Assembly: GCA_950097015.1 (NCBI GenBank) | Contig: CATNEN010000003.1 | Span: forward strand, 9,548,001-9,612,000 | Direction: 5' to 3' | DNA from: Macrostomum hystrix | Lineage: Eukaryota; Animalia; Platyhelminthes | DNA: 64,000 nt | Shown here: piece by piece, positions 24,520-36,092 of the stretch | Layout: every line of letters starts with the position of its first letter | Numbering within the stretch: the first letter of the stretch is position 1 | The notes under the pieces: model-generated | The model's input: only the letters and a program-made list of their open reading frames with translations | Told to the model about the DNA's origin: nothing | The model's database searches: none | Translations under genes and position numbers: made by a program

Positions 24520-27490
24520 ATGAAGCGGTCTTCCGCTGTTCCATTTTTCAACGGCATCTCATCTGCTCGCAGGAATGGCCAGTGGTCCGGCGTGCAATGG
24601 CCTGGAAATGCAAAGGTTTGTTTGAGCTCATGCTTCATACTCTTCTTTGAGTAGTCTAGGGGTCATTGGCAGAGCAGTTAACGTGTTTGCCTGTATCACC
24701 AAGGTCCCAAGGTCCACATTAAATTGTGGTGCTGCCGCAGAGAGAAGGCTTGGGGGCTTGTCGAGCAAACTATCGATCAAGCTAAAGGGGGGTCGGTGGC
24801 AGAGCAGTTAACGCGTTTGCCTCTCGCACCAAGGTCCCTGAGTTCGATTCCGCGGCGAGGCCGCATTCATTTGGGGCGCAGCCGCGGAGAGAATGCTTGG
24901 GGGCTTGTCGTGCAATTTACGCCCTTGAGGGCCAACCTCCAAGGCACAGTCAGAGTGTACACTGCCTGACGATGAGAAAGCCAGGGCAGATGTACACACC
25001 TGTGTGAGCCTATGCCTGCGTACGGTATCTGTGTGCGTGTGTGCTCAGGAGTCAGCGAAATCGGCAGAATTGCCTCCTCGCTGGTTGCGGGTCTAGTGTC
25101 ACCAAATGATGTGCCATTGCACGCAACCCTCCTGCAGCTATTTTTTATATCATTACTAAGTAGGAAAAGTATTGTTACTTCGATTATAAGTCACTACCAT
25201 AATATCTTGGCAATTCACAGCGACCGTGTGCTTCGGCTCCAAATGCAGCTAACATGGACAGCTACAGACAGAATCTGTTCAGCACAGACTATGATCATCA
25301 TCTTGTCATTCAGCAGCAGCAGAAGCTGCAGTTGCAGCATCAAAAACAGCAGCAGCTTCATCAGCAGCAGAGTCGTAGCAGTTACCATAGCAACTATTGG
25401 GATGGACACGGCAATCACCATAGTCACCGTCACGATTTCCATGGCAGCCATCAAGAATCCAATGGTGGCCAACAAGATTCGCATGGCAACTATAACGTTG
25501 CCATAGCAACCAGCGAATTCGAGCTGATTCCTCAGCAAACAATAGACCTGCACCAGTCCCCCGTAGTTCATGTCAGCAATCTGGCCCCGAACACTACTGA
25601 AGCTGCTCTCTTGCACTGCCTGTCACCATTCGGCGTTATACGCGACGTTATCGTCTTGCCCAGCCGTTCCACAGCCTATGTACAGTTCAACGACATTCTG
25701 GCTGCGCAGACTGCTGTTGCTGCCAGCCGGGGCAATGTCCGGCCGCCGACTGTCTACGGCAGTCGTCTTCGACTGCAGTACTGTCGTCAGCCTGGCATTG
25801 ATCACGCGGGAGCTCTGGACGCTGTTAAACGATCCCGGGTGCTGCTGCTTGTCATCACCGACCTGGCCATTGGAGGCCCTCCAATCACGGCCCAGCTGGT
25901 TCGGCAGTCCGCCAGTCAGTTTGGTCGAATCTCCCGCCTGTTGGTGATGAGACGAGACCACGTGGCTGATGTCTGCGTTCACGTGAGTGTTTGTTGATCG
26001 GGACGGGGTTTAAGTGAGCATTACCACTCACTTATCCGTCCATCGGGACGGGGTTCTCCAATTTTACATCACATGACTTTGTTTCTAAAAATAGCATATG
26101 TGTCATTATGACTCATTCCTAAAATAGACAAAAAATTGTAGCTTAGGTTTCCTTGTAATATTACTATAAGTAGCGCGTTGAACATATTGCATATTTCAAT
26201 AGTCTCTCTACACACTGTTTACAAAACCAATCAGACTTCCATACAGAATCTATAAAAAAGCAATAAAATCTACCAACAATGCAGGCCCTGGTGGAATTCT
26301 CCACCCAGGAGGAGTCAAGTCGCGCCAAGCGTCACCTGAACGGCGCCCACCTGTTTCCGGACTCGCACAAAATTCGTGCCACCTATTCCAATCAATCGGA
26401 GATTCACTTCGGCCCCGGCACAGCCAATGACGCCTGTCATTACAGCGCCGAATTATTCGAGTCACCCGACGCACCGCATCGGGCTTCTCTGATGGATTGG
26501 CCTCCGGGAATGACGCCCGGCAGTGCCAGATGCGATCGGGCTGCTCAAACTACTGGGGTCAGTTTGAGCACTGTCATAGTGTTCGCTAATTAGATGACGA
26601 GGCGTTGCATGTCTTATTGACGATCATACCTACATACCTCGTACCTACGATCACTAGTTAACTCAATCCTTTTACAGCAGATGGAAATTCCAGCGGCGGA
26701 AACCTCCACAGTCAGCTTCCAGCAGCAGCAGCAGCAGCATGCGGAGTCCTCCCTGCCCAGCACCCCAGTTTGCACTCATCGCTGTCTTCTATTGCGAAAC
26801 GTGCCACGCGACAAGATCAACTGTCAGAGCCTATTCAATCTGCTCTGTCTCTATGGCAACGTGCTACGTTTGAAATTCTTGCGCAATCGCCCGGACACGG
26901 TCATGGTCGAGTTTAGTCAGCCAGCTGACTGCTCGGCAGCGTTGCGTCACCTGTCCGGCTGCCCGCTGTTCGGTCGACGGCTGTCGGCGACTCCCTGCCA
27001 GCAGGACAGTGTCATCAAGCATCGCAGTGTGGACACTTTGCCAGACGGCAGTCCGGCCTACGCTGACTACACCGGCAGTCGGCACAATCGTTTCGTTGTA
27101 TCCGGCAAAGCCAAGCGAAATCGGCTTTGCGCGCCGTCTTCAACGCTGCACTTTTTCAACCTGCCCTGCGGCGTGACAGATGCCAACCTGTCGGATCTGT
27201 TCGCCAGCTGCGGCGCCGATCGACCAGTCAGGCTAGTTCGCTTCGGCGGCTGCGGCTCCTCTGGCGGTGGAAGATTTGCATCCGGCTTGGCTGAATTCTC
27301 CACTAGAGAGGCCGCTGTTAGAGCTGTGTGCCTGGCCAATCACCTGCCAGTGCCTATCCCCAATGCCGGGGATATCACCGGAGATATTGGTGACCAGCAG
27401 CAACAGCAGCAGCACGTGTTAAAGTTAAACTTTAGCGATTCGGCTATATTGTCTAATTCGGCTGCTGCTGCTGCTGGTACTGCAAACTGA
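24520..27490 (+). CDS. HNRNPL: hnRNP L/smooth-like RNA-binding protein with 4 RRMs, ~647 aa; exons 24520-24615, 25221-25982, 26285-26557, 26678(or 26681)-27490
   Basis: RRM1 SPVVHVSNL; RRM2 VLLLVI...HALVEF...HLNGAHLF; RRM3 INCQSLFNLLCLYGNVLRLKFL; linker LPDGSPAYADYTGSRHNRF; RRM4 PSSTLHFFN...LANH. All junctions are phase-0 GT-AG; the first exon is less certain. Confidence 0.88.
24659..24762 (+). mobile_element. Truncated SINE family A copy directly upstream of a full copy
   Basis: GGGGTCATTGGCAGAGCAGTTAACG...GAGAGAAGGCTTGGGGGCTTGTCG matches the 5' part of family A, with the B-box deleted. Confidence 0.75.
24787..25140 (+). mobile_element. tRNA-derived SINE, family A, most complete copy (hnRNP L intron 1)
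   Basis: A-box TGGCAGAGCAGT near 24797; B-box GTTCGATTCC at 24842-24851; multi-hairpin body. Confidence 0.88.
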
Positions 27491-27589
27491 TTCAACTAAC
27501 TAGCTGCTGTCAGTGTTCTTTATTTCATTTTGTCTTTCATAATATTTGCTAGTCCTATGATGTGGCATTATTTCTGCTCTAGTATAAAA

Positions 27590-28022
27590 GTGTTTGTGTG
27601 CTCAATTGAGTGTGCTCAGACCCTCGGTGAGTTTTGTGTGCTCAGATCCTATTTGAGTGTTGTGTGCTCAATTGAGTGTGCTCAGACCCTGAGTAAGTGT
27701 TGTGTGCTTAACTTGGTGTGCTCAGACCCTAACTGAGTGTTGTGTGCTTAATTCGGTGTGCTCAGACCCTGGGTGAGTGTTGTGTGCTCAGTTGAGTGGG
27801 CCTAGACCCTGACTGAGTGTTGTGTGCTCAGTTGAGTGGGCCTAGACCCTGATTGAGTATTGTGTGCTCATTTGAGTGGGCCTAGACCCTGACTGAGTGT
27901 TGTGTGCTCAGTTGAGTGGGCCTAGACCCTGACTGAGTGTTGTGTGCTCAATTGAGTGATTGAGTATGCTCAGACCCTGAGTAAGTGTTGTGCTCAGACC
28001 ACGAGTGATTATTGTGTGCTCC
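27590..28022. repeat. 40-bp minisatellite (TGTGTGCTCAGTTGAGTGGGCCTAGACCCTGACTGAGTGT) 3' of the hnRNP L-like gene
   Basis: Direct tandem repetition. Confidence 0.9.
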
Positions 28023-29149
28023 ATTAAGTTTAAAAAATATTAAATCAGTGATATTATACTACATTTTGTCTCAAACAAATATTTAGCTAATTTGATGTCA
28101 TTTGTCTAATTTAATCCCCAACTATAGTTTATTTGTTTGTTTCAAAAATATAAAAAAATAATAAACTTTCACACTGCGTCGAATTATGTAAACAATTTTA
28201 TGCATGCTTTTTTCGTATTCCCATTGAAAATGCAGCAGTTAAAATCGTCAGCCGTTTGTGTGTGTTGATTTTTTATTGACGAACCAACTTGGTAGTTGGA
28301 TACTACCAAGCCATTTTGCCGCAAATTTTTATACCAAGGTAAGGGGGATTTCTCGCCTGAAACTTTTTTTAGCATCGCCCGAATGCTAACAGCGTTGGGT
28401 GGTGACTAATTGGTTGACAGACGATAGACGATGGTGTACTGTGGTTGAGCTGCGCGCCTATAGAGACCTATTTCCACCTGTTGTAGACCTTGAAGGTCCA
28501 GCAAATCCGACTAGATAAAGGTAGGTGACCACTGAGGATGGTGCAGGCACATTCGGGTGACATGCTGATAAATTTTGAAGGCCTGGCAAGGCCGCACTGA
28601 GGCACAGTGCTAATTCGTGTATGGGGTGTATGAAATACACTAGCGCTTATTGGAAAAATCTGACCTTCGGCCAGAAACTTTGAATATATCGACGGTCTGA
28701 AGAGTTGGCGACCTGGTTTTTTTGTTTCAGTAGATGCGCAACAAAAAGTTGGCCCGTGTTCTTGAGTTTCGTGTGCTTGCGTTTTTCTGTTCGGGTGCAG
28801 CACAAAAAGTTGTCAGGTTGTGGAAAAATCCCCCCTTTGGTAGTTCTTCTGTGCAAAAAAATAGGGAAATTTCGTGGCTTTTTTTTGGGAAATCAGCTGG
28901 GAAATAGACATAGAAAGCAATTTAGATGTTTATCTAAATACCACTAGAAGAAGGATGGGACACTACGTTTCCTGGAAAATTTATTAAAGGCTGATTTTCA
29001 CGCAAATATGCACTAGCGAGATAGGAGCTATTCATGTTCTTTTTAACATTAAATATTGATTACTTTTTATTGGAAGCAGAAAACATGTTGCTACAACGAA
29101 TTTGATTATAATAAATTTTCCAAGAAACTAAGTGTCCCGTTAGTTAGAA

Positions 29150-29705
29150 GTTCCTGGCCGGGCAGGTCCGGGGGTCGGGTCAGCGACCCTATCGCCTGGA
29201 AATAGGGCAGGACACGGGGGCCGTCGTCGGAGAGGATGGCCAGCGTCGGGTTAGGGCCGAGGACGCGGTTGCGGGTCTGGGCGTGGGCTGGACATTCCAG
29301 CATCACATGCTTCAGGTCCTCCTCCTGGTGTCCGCAGTGCCCGCAGGACGCGGGCTGTTCTTTGTCAATCCGGTGGCGGTACAGAGCCAGCAGAGAGGAG
29401 TGGCCCGTGCGGAGTTGCGCTAGCGTGATCAGCTCGCGTCTGCTGATAGTCGTCTCGGATCTGCGGTGGTCGCGGAAGGCAGCACGGTGCGTCCGGCAGT
29501 GCGGTTCCGCTTCGTAGGCTGCGCGAGCCTCGGCGGCCAGTGTGCGGCGGATCGCGGACTTGGCACTGTTAAAGTCGATTTCCGCTTGGTCTTGTGGGAG
29601 TCTAGCGGCGTCTTTTGCGAGGTTGTCCGCCACATCGTTGCGCGTCAGGTCACAGTGTCCTGGGACCCATTGAATAGTCCCGTCCTAGCGGTCCTTGGCG
29701 AAAAC
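29150..29705 (-). pseudogene. 3' fragment of an RNase H-bearing non-LTR retrotransposon ORF2 (I-group-like)
   Basis: IQWVPGHCDLTRNDVADNLAKDAA (RNase H C-terminal WVPGH...N..AD.LAK motif), LAQLRTGH, and a CCHC knuckle CGHCGHQEEDLKHVMLECP. Confidence 0.9.
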
Positions 29706-29870
29706 ATTTAAATATGACCGACCTGCATTGTATGTCTATGGTAATTATAGCAAGGTTATATGCAAAGAGAGAATCTTTGCACTCTATGCTTTCACACAGA
29801 GGCCCCACTGTGTCTAAGACTGACAAGCGGCAATTTATTCCACAAAGGCAATAATAAAACGGTGATAGAC

Positions 29871-32800
29871 ATGTCAAACACGAACAATCATGCCACTGGG
29901 AATGGAGCTCGACAAACTAATGTCCGAAGTCCTTTGTTTCGCGAATTGAACCCGGCCAGCCAATCAGATTTCTGGAACAATGCACAGGTTCTTGAACAGC
30001 ATCCGATTGGCTTACCGTCTGAGTACTTCAGCTTTAATTCGGCTGAGACGTCGACGCTGATATCGATGATTCTTGACTCAAATACGTTGCGCTTGAACCG
30101 CATATTGGATCGGGCTGAAATTCGTGCCATGTTCAGAGACAATCGCTACTATCAGGTTGTTGACGACCCGAAACTGTACTGTCGCAGCCGCTGCTTCGAT
30201 CGGCCAATATTTCACAGTGAGCCTCCTGCAAACATTCTATTTATAACAATACTTTGTCGTAAGATTTTGTGTGCCAGAAAAACGTCTTGGTTTCATGATG
30301 CAGATCGACTTACAGTATTTAACAAATAAATTACAGGGTAGAGATAAAATAGAGGAGAGATGAGAAAGGCAAGAGACAGGGGAGAGATGAGACAGAGGCG
30401 ACAGATAAAATATGTGACAGCAGAGGTAAGAAACGTAAGAGACAGGAGAGAGATGTGACACCTACGATGGTAGAGATGTTGGGAGGGGCCACAAGACTAG
30501 ATTAGACTAGATCGCTAACCTAAATGAGACAGACCACACCACAGATAGCAACAAATCTCATTGTTCCTTCCGTCAATCCATTCGCAAATTAAAAACTATC
30601 TTCAACTAAATAAACAAACTAACTATCAACCAATCACTTTCTAATCAGATCGAGTTGTTCTCTACCTGACCGCTTCCGGCTTATTAATGTACCTAAAGCA
30701 GACTCAGGCGCTGACAGTTCTGTCACGATTCCGCTGCAAAGATGTTCAGCCTAAGACGACACTGTCGGACAATGAGCCACGCCAAAACCCATTCTTCAAT
30801 GTTTATGCCTACCAATACGCCACCTACGTGCACTGCCACCTGGGTGACATATTGCGCTTTCAGTTGGACTACCTGATGTTTAGACTGGGCTACCTGGACG
30901 CTGTGCCAATTCTGTTGGGGTTGGGCTGGATGCCGAATAGTCCATCGGTGAGGATTGGGATTCTGGCTGCGATTGGGATTCTTCGTCGGGTCGTGATTTC
31001 GGGTCAGATTCATATTCTAGATCGGATTGGGATTCTTGTTCCGATTAGGATTTTCGGTCGGTTTGGGATTCATGGACGGATTGGGATTCTTTGTCGGATT
31101 GGGATTCTTTGTCGGATTGGGATTCTTCGTCTAATTAAAAATAAGTTTCTTTGTCAAATTGGGATTATTTGTCCGATTGGGATTCTTCTCGGATTGGAAT
31201 TCTGGGTCGGATTAGGATTCTTGGTCCGATTGAGATTCTTCTCGGATTGGGATTCTTTGTCCGATTGGGATTCTGGGTCAGATTGGGATTTTGGGTCAGA
31301 TTAGGATTGTGGGTCAGATTGGGATTCTTTGTCCGATTGGGATTGTTCTCGGATTGGGATTCTGGGTCGGATTGGGATTCTGAGTCGGATTGGGATTCTT
31401 CTCGGATTGGGATTCTGGGTCCGATTGGGATTCTGAGTCGGATTGGGATTATTTGTCCGATTGGGATTCTTCTCGGATTGGGATTCTGGGTCGGATTAGG
31501 ATTCTTGGTCCGATTGAGATTCTTCTCGGATTGGGATTCTTTGTCCGATTGGGATTCTGGGTCAGATTGGGATTCTGGGTCAGATTAGGATTGTGGGTCA
31601 GATTGGGATTCTTTGTCCGATTGGGATTGTTCTCGGATTGGGATTCTGGGTCGGATTGGGATTCTGAGTCGGATAGGGATTCTTTGTCGGATTGGGATTC
31701 TTCTCGGATTGGGATTCTGGGTCGGATTGGGATTCTTAGTCCGATTAGGATTCTTCTCGGATTGGGATTCTGGGTCGGATTGGGATTCTTGGTCCGATTA
31801 GGATTCTTCTCGGATTGGGATTCTTTGTCCGACTGGGATTCTTCTCGGATTGGGATTCTGGGTCGGATTGGGATTCTTGTTCCGATTAGGATTCTTCTCG
31901 GATTGGGATTCTTTGTCCGATTGGCATTCTGGGTCAGATTAGGATTGTGGGTCCGATTGGGATTCTTCTCGGATTGGGATTCTGGGTCCGATTGGGATTC
32001 TGAGTCGGATTGGGATTATTTGTCGGATTGGGATTCTTAATTGAATTGGGATTCTGGGACTGTATTGATAGGTATTGAAATTTCTCCTAAACTTCAAGAT
32101 CGCCTGTTTTCCACACTCCTCAGATGCTGCTGTATCGCCGTCGCTCCTATCAGTACAGGATTCGCTTCCTAGACTGGGTTGACCTTATGTGCAGCCTGAT
32201 GCGCGAAACGCCGACAGCTTCCGTTGGTGGATTCTACGATCGCCTCCTGGTTGATGGCGCTGACGTCGTCAATGTTCACGATCTGAAGTACCTCGGCAGG
32301 GACACGCTGGAGTGCATGGAGCTCCGACGGTTGTCTAAAGCCAACTGCCAGGCTGAGCAGCTGTGGGGACTGTACGCCGGGCGAAAGATCCTGAGGGATA
32401 AGGAGACCCAATGTCCGCCTGATTCCGACAGAGTTTTCAAACAGGTGATGCCCCATCTTGTTCAATGATTTTATTTGCTTTTTTGGAAAATAAGTTATGG
32501 GATTCAATGACCTTCATTCCTTCTTTCCATCATTCCATCACTCCATCATTCCTTCACTCCATCATTCCTTCACTCCATCATTCCTTCACTCCATCATTCC
32601 TTCATTACATCATTCCTTGACTCCATCATTCCTTCAGTACATCATTCCTTGACTCCATCATTCCTTCAGTACATCATTCCTTGACTCCATCATTCCTTCA
32701 TTACATCATTCCTTCATTACATCATTCCTTCATTACATCATTCCTTCACTCCATCATTCCTTCACTCCATCATTCCTTCACTCCATCATTCCTTCACTCC

Positions 32801-34638
32801 ATAATTCCTTTATTCCATCATTCCTTCTTTACATCATTCCTTCTTTACATCATTCCTTCATTACATCATTCATTCACTCCATCATTCCTTTATTCCATCA
32901 TTCCTTCATTCCATCATTCCTTTATTCCATCATTCCTTCATTACATAATTCCTCCATTCCATAATTTTTTGCATTTTTTCACGTCTTCATCCCACCATTC
33001 CATTATTCAATCGCTCTACAATTCCACCATTCCATAATTTATTCATTCCTTCCTTTATTTATTAGTTTTTTCCTTCATTATTCAGCAATAATTTCAAATT
33101 CGTTCACGCGGCTTCTCAGAGCCAGGACACGGTGAGGCCGATGCTGCCACATGCCTGCTCGGTGCTGCGTCGGCTTCTAATCCATCTGAACTACCACGAT
33201 AGGGCAGCCATGCACAGTCTACCCCAGTTGGTGGGCCTGATTGGCCGCCTGCTCAACACAGAGTTCTTTGCGCCCCATCCGGCCCTACCGTCGGCCAGCT
33301 TGTGGCGAGAGCCGCTACTGTTTCAGATCTACGACTTTGTCTGGAGCATCCGGGGTGGACGGCCTAGCCACGGTGGCAAGCCGCGCTACCTGAGAAATGA
33401 GTCCTGGGACTCGATACGATCTGTGAGACTGGGGTTTTTAAATTGGGATTATAGTTAATAACTGGGATTTATTAGAATAGGGATTTTAGATTTGAGATAA
33501 TAACTGGGATTTTTTGGACTGGGGATTTTAGATTTGAGATAATAACTGGGATTCTTTGGAATGGGGATTTTAGATTTGAGATAATAACTGAAATTCATTG
33601 GAATTGGGATTTAGGATTTAAGTATGTAGCTGGGATTCATTGGAATTGGGATTTAGGATTCAACTAGGTACCTGGGATTTATTATAATTGGGATTTAGGA
33701 TTCAAGTAGGTAGCTGGGATTCATTTGAATTGGGATTTAGGAATCAAGTAGGTACCTGGGATTTATTATAATTGGGATTTAGGATTCAAGTAGGTAGCTG
33801 GGATTCATTGGAATTGGGATTTAGGAATCAAGTAGGTAGCTGGGATTCATTGGAATTGTGATTTAGGAATCAAGTAGGTAGCTGGGATTCATTAGGATTG
33901 GGATTTAGGATTCAAGTAGGTACCTGGGATTTATTGAAACTGCTTTGTAATTAAACTGGTCGCCTTTCCATCGACTTCCAGAGCGAAGACGCCTACGCTT
34001 GGTACCTTCGTTGGGACGTGTTCAACTGCATCTGCCTGATGTTTGACATCTTGCAGAACGCCATCTTCAGCGAACAGAATGAAGACATTGTTGATCGACT
34101 GATGCGTCAACTGATTGACGTCTTGTACAGTTCCAGATTTTTAGAGTCATTCGTCGCCTACAGCTTCTTTGATGTTCATCTGGCTCTGATCAGCGCTGTC
34201 AACTGCGTACCAAACATTCAGCACTGCGTCCTGCTGCGCGTCGTCAAGGAGACACCAATTCATCTGACCGCCAATTTAAAACCGGACAGCATTGTCGATT
34301 CTTTCAGCGATCGGTTCTGGTCGGATGTCGGCAATGAATTCCGCAGACCGCAAACAATGGAAGAAATCAGAGCCTTCTTCATTAACCGAAGGCGTCGAAG
34401 GTGTGCGCTGAGGTGGCCGTGCACTGATGAATCCGCCGACAATTCGGACATGGGCTCTAGAGGATTTGGGAATATTTTTCAACGAAATTACACCCTGATG
34501 GAGTTGGTGACTGATGCCGATGAGGCCACAATAATTAACAATGATCCGTTGTACAAGAGGCAGCTAGCCGACGACGAAAGAAGACATCAGACTGAATTCA
34601 AGCAGTTGGAGGCCGACTATCGAAGTAGTCTATGGTAA
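29871..34638 (+). CDS. Uncharacterised ~655-aa, largely helical protein; exons 29871-30258, 30649-30947, 32124-32444, 33120-33422, 33982-34638
   Basis: Five GC-richer open blocks joined by GT-AG with consistent phases (1,0,0,0); 1968 nt total; no family recognised. Confidence 0.75.
30950..32060. repeat. Intronic minisatellite, ~19-20-bp unit (TCGGATTGGGATTCTT..)
   Basis: Tandem repetition beginning right after the donor GTGAG. Confidence 0.93.
32510..33050. repeat. Intronic minisatellite, 16-bp unit (TCCATCATTCCTTCAC)
   Basis: Direct tandem repetition. Confidence 0.93.
33430..33935. repeat. Intronic minisatellite, 42-bp units of two related types (GGGATT-rich)
   Basis: 42-nt periodicity at 33481/33523 and 33601/33643. 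Confidence 0.88.
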
Positions 34639-34753
34639 CAGCTAATTTGGGATTTTATACTCTTATCGAAATCTAGGATGGGATCATGTGGTTTCTTAGT
34701 TTAGATTTTTACTCAATTATAGGTTTTTTATGTATTGAGATTTACAGAAGGCG

Positions 34754-34960
34754 AGAATGTTGTGGCCTAGTCGCCAGAGCGTCGGTCTCACGACTTAAAG
34801 GTCGGGGGTTCGATCCCCTACTCCACTGAAACAATTTGTGGCCTTTAGCAAGACACTTAACTCTGCAGCGTTCAGTGCACCCAGCGGATAAATGCGTTCC
34901 ATCAATAGCTGGGGCAATAGGGATTGGGGCAGGTGAAATCAATTATCTATTATTATTATT
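34754..34960 (+). mobile_element. tRNA-derived SINE, family B, 3'-truncated, (ATT)n tail
   Basis: A-box TGGCCTAGTCG, B-box GGTTCGATCCC, core CCTTTAGCAAGACACTTAAC...CACCCAGCGGATAAATG. Confidence 0.8.
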
Positions 34961-35594
34961 AGGATGGGGTTCGATTCATATTGGATTTCAAGGTTACTAT
35001 AATTCGCTTTTTCACAGTACTGAAAATTTTATCGTAAATTTCTCAGTTGTCCCTTTGTCCAGCTCTGTGCATTTTGCCTTTAAAATTCCAGGCAACTGAT
35101 CGATCAGCAATGACCTTCAATGTGCCGCATCGGTGACAACTCCTCATACTCGCTCTCATGATCAGATAAATCCAACTTGCAGTCTGTCTGACACTTTTGA
35201 CGAACAATTTAACAAATATTAAAAGTGGAGCATAGACCTACGATCAGTCCTTTATTCAGTTCTTTTTATTATATTGCGTAGCTTTCAATAATATTTACAT
35301 TCAGTATTGCTTTACTACTTTACTGCTTTACTTTATTGGCAATTTTCTGTACACTTAATTTAAAGAAAAATCTTTTTTACGAATTTGTTGGCCTAAATAG
35401 AAAAAAATTTCTTTGTATTTTAACAAAGCGATGACGAATTAAAAAAACGGGTTCTTGATTCTTATTTTCTACAACACGAAATTTTATAGTTGATAAAGAA
35501 TAACTATAAATAAAAGCCGACTTAGGAGAACAGTAAAAGCAGTTTTGTTAGCATTTGCATACTTTCGGATGAAATAATATCATTCAAATGAAAA

Positions 35595-35992
35595 ATGCCA
35601 AAGGAACCAAAGATGACGAAGGAACCAAAGATGACGAAGGAACCAAAGATGACGAAGGGACCAAAGATGACAAAGAACCAAAGATGTCAAAGGAACCAAA
35701 TATGACGAAGGAACCAAAGATGACGAAGGAACCAAAGATGACGAAGGAACCAAGGATGACAAAGAACCAAAGATGTCAAAGGAACCAAAGATGACGAAGG
35801 AACCAAAGATGACGAAGGAACCAAAGATGACGAAGGAACCAAGGATGACAAAGGAACCAAAGATGACAAAGGAACAAAACATGACAAAGGAACCAAATAT
35901 GACGAAGGAACCAAAAATGACAAAGGAACCAAAGATGACGAAGGAACCAAAGATGACGAAAGAACCAAAAATGACAAAAGAACCAATGATAA
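35595..35992. repeat. 18-bp minisatellite (AAGGAACCAAAGATGACG)
   Basis: Direct tandem repetition just downstream of the DEG/ENaC stop. Confidence 0.93.
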
Positions 35993-36092
35993 CTAATGTA
36001 ACCAATTTATATGACTTTGTGTACCAGTACCTGCAGCAGAACGCGATGAGTATGTTTATTTCTAAATATTTTATTGTAGTTCAGAATTTGAG

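Noticed and set aside
24955-24998. Hammerhead-like words CTGACGA...GAAA-GTC in SINE A (GTC in the 18811 and 22307 copies)
   Set aside because: There is no room for stems II or III, a simple CCTGAC/GTCAGG hairpin explains the motif, and this copy reads GCC instead of GTC.
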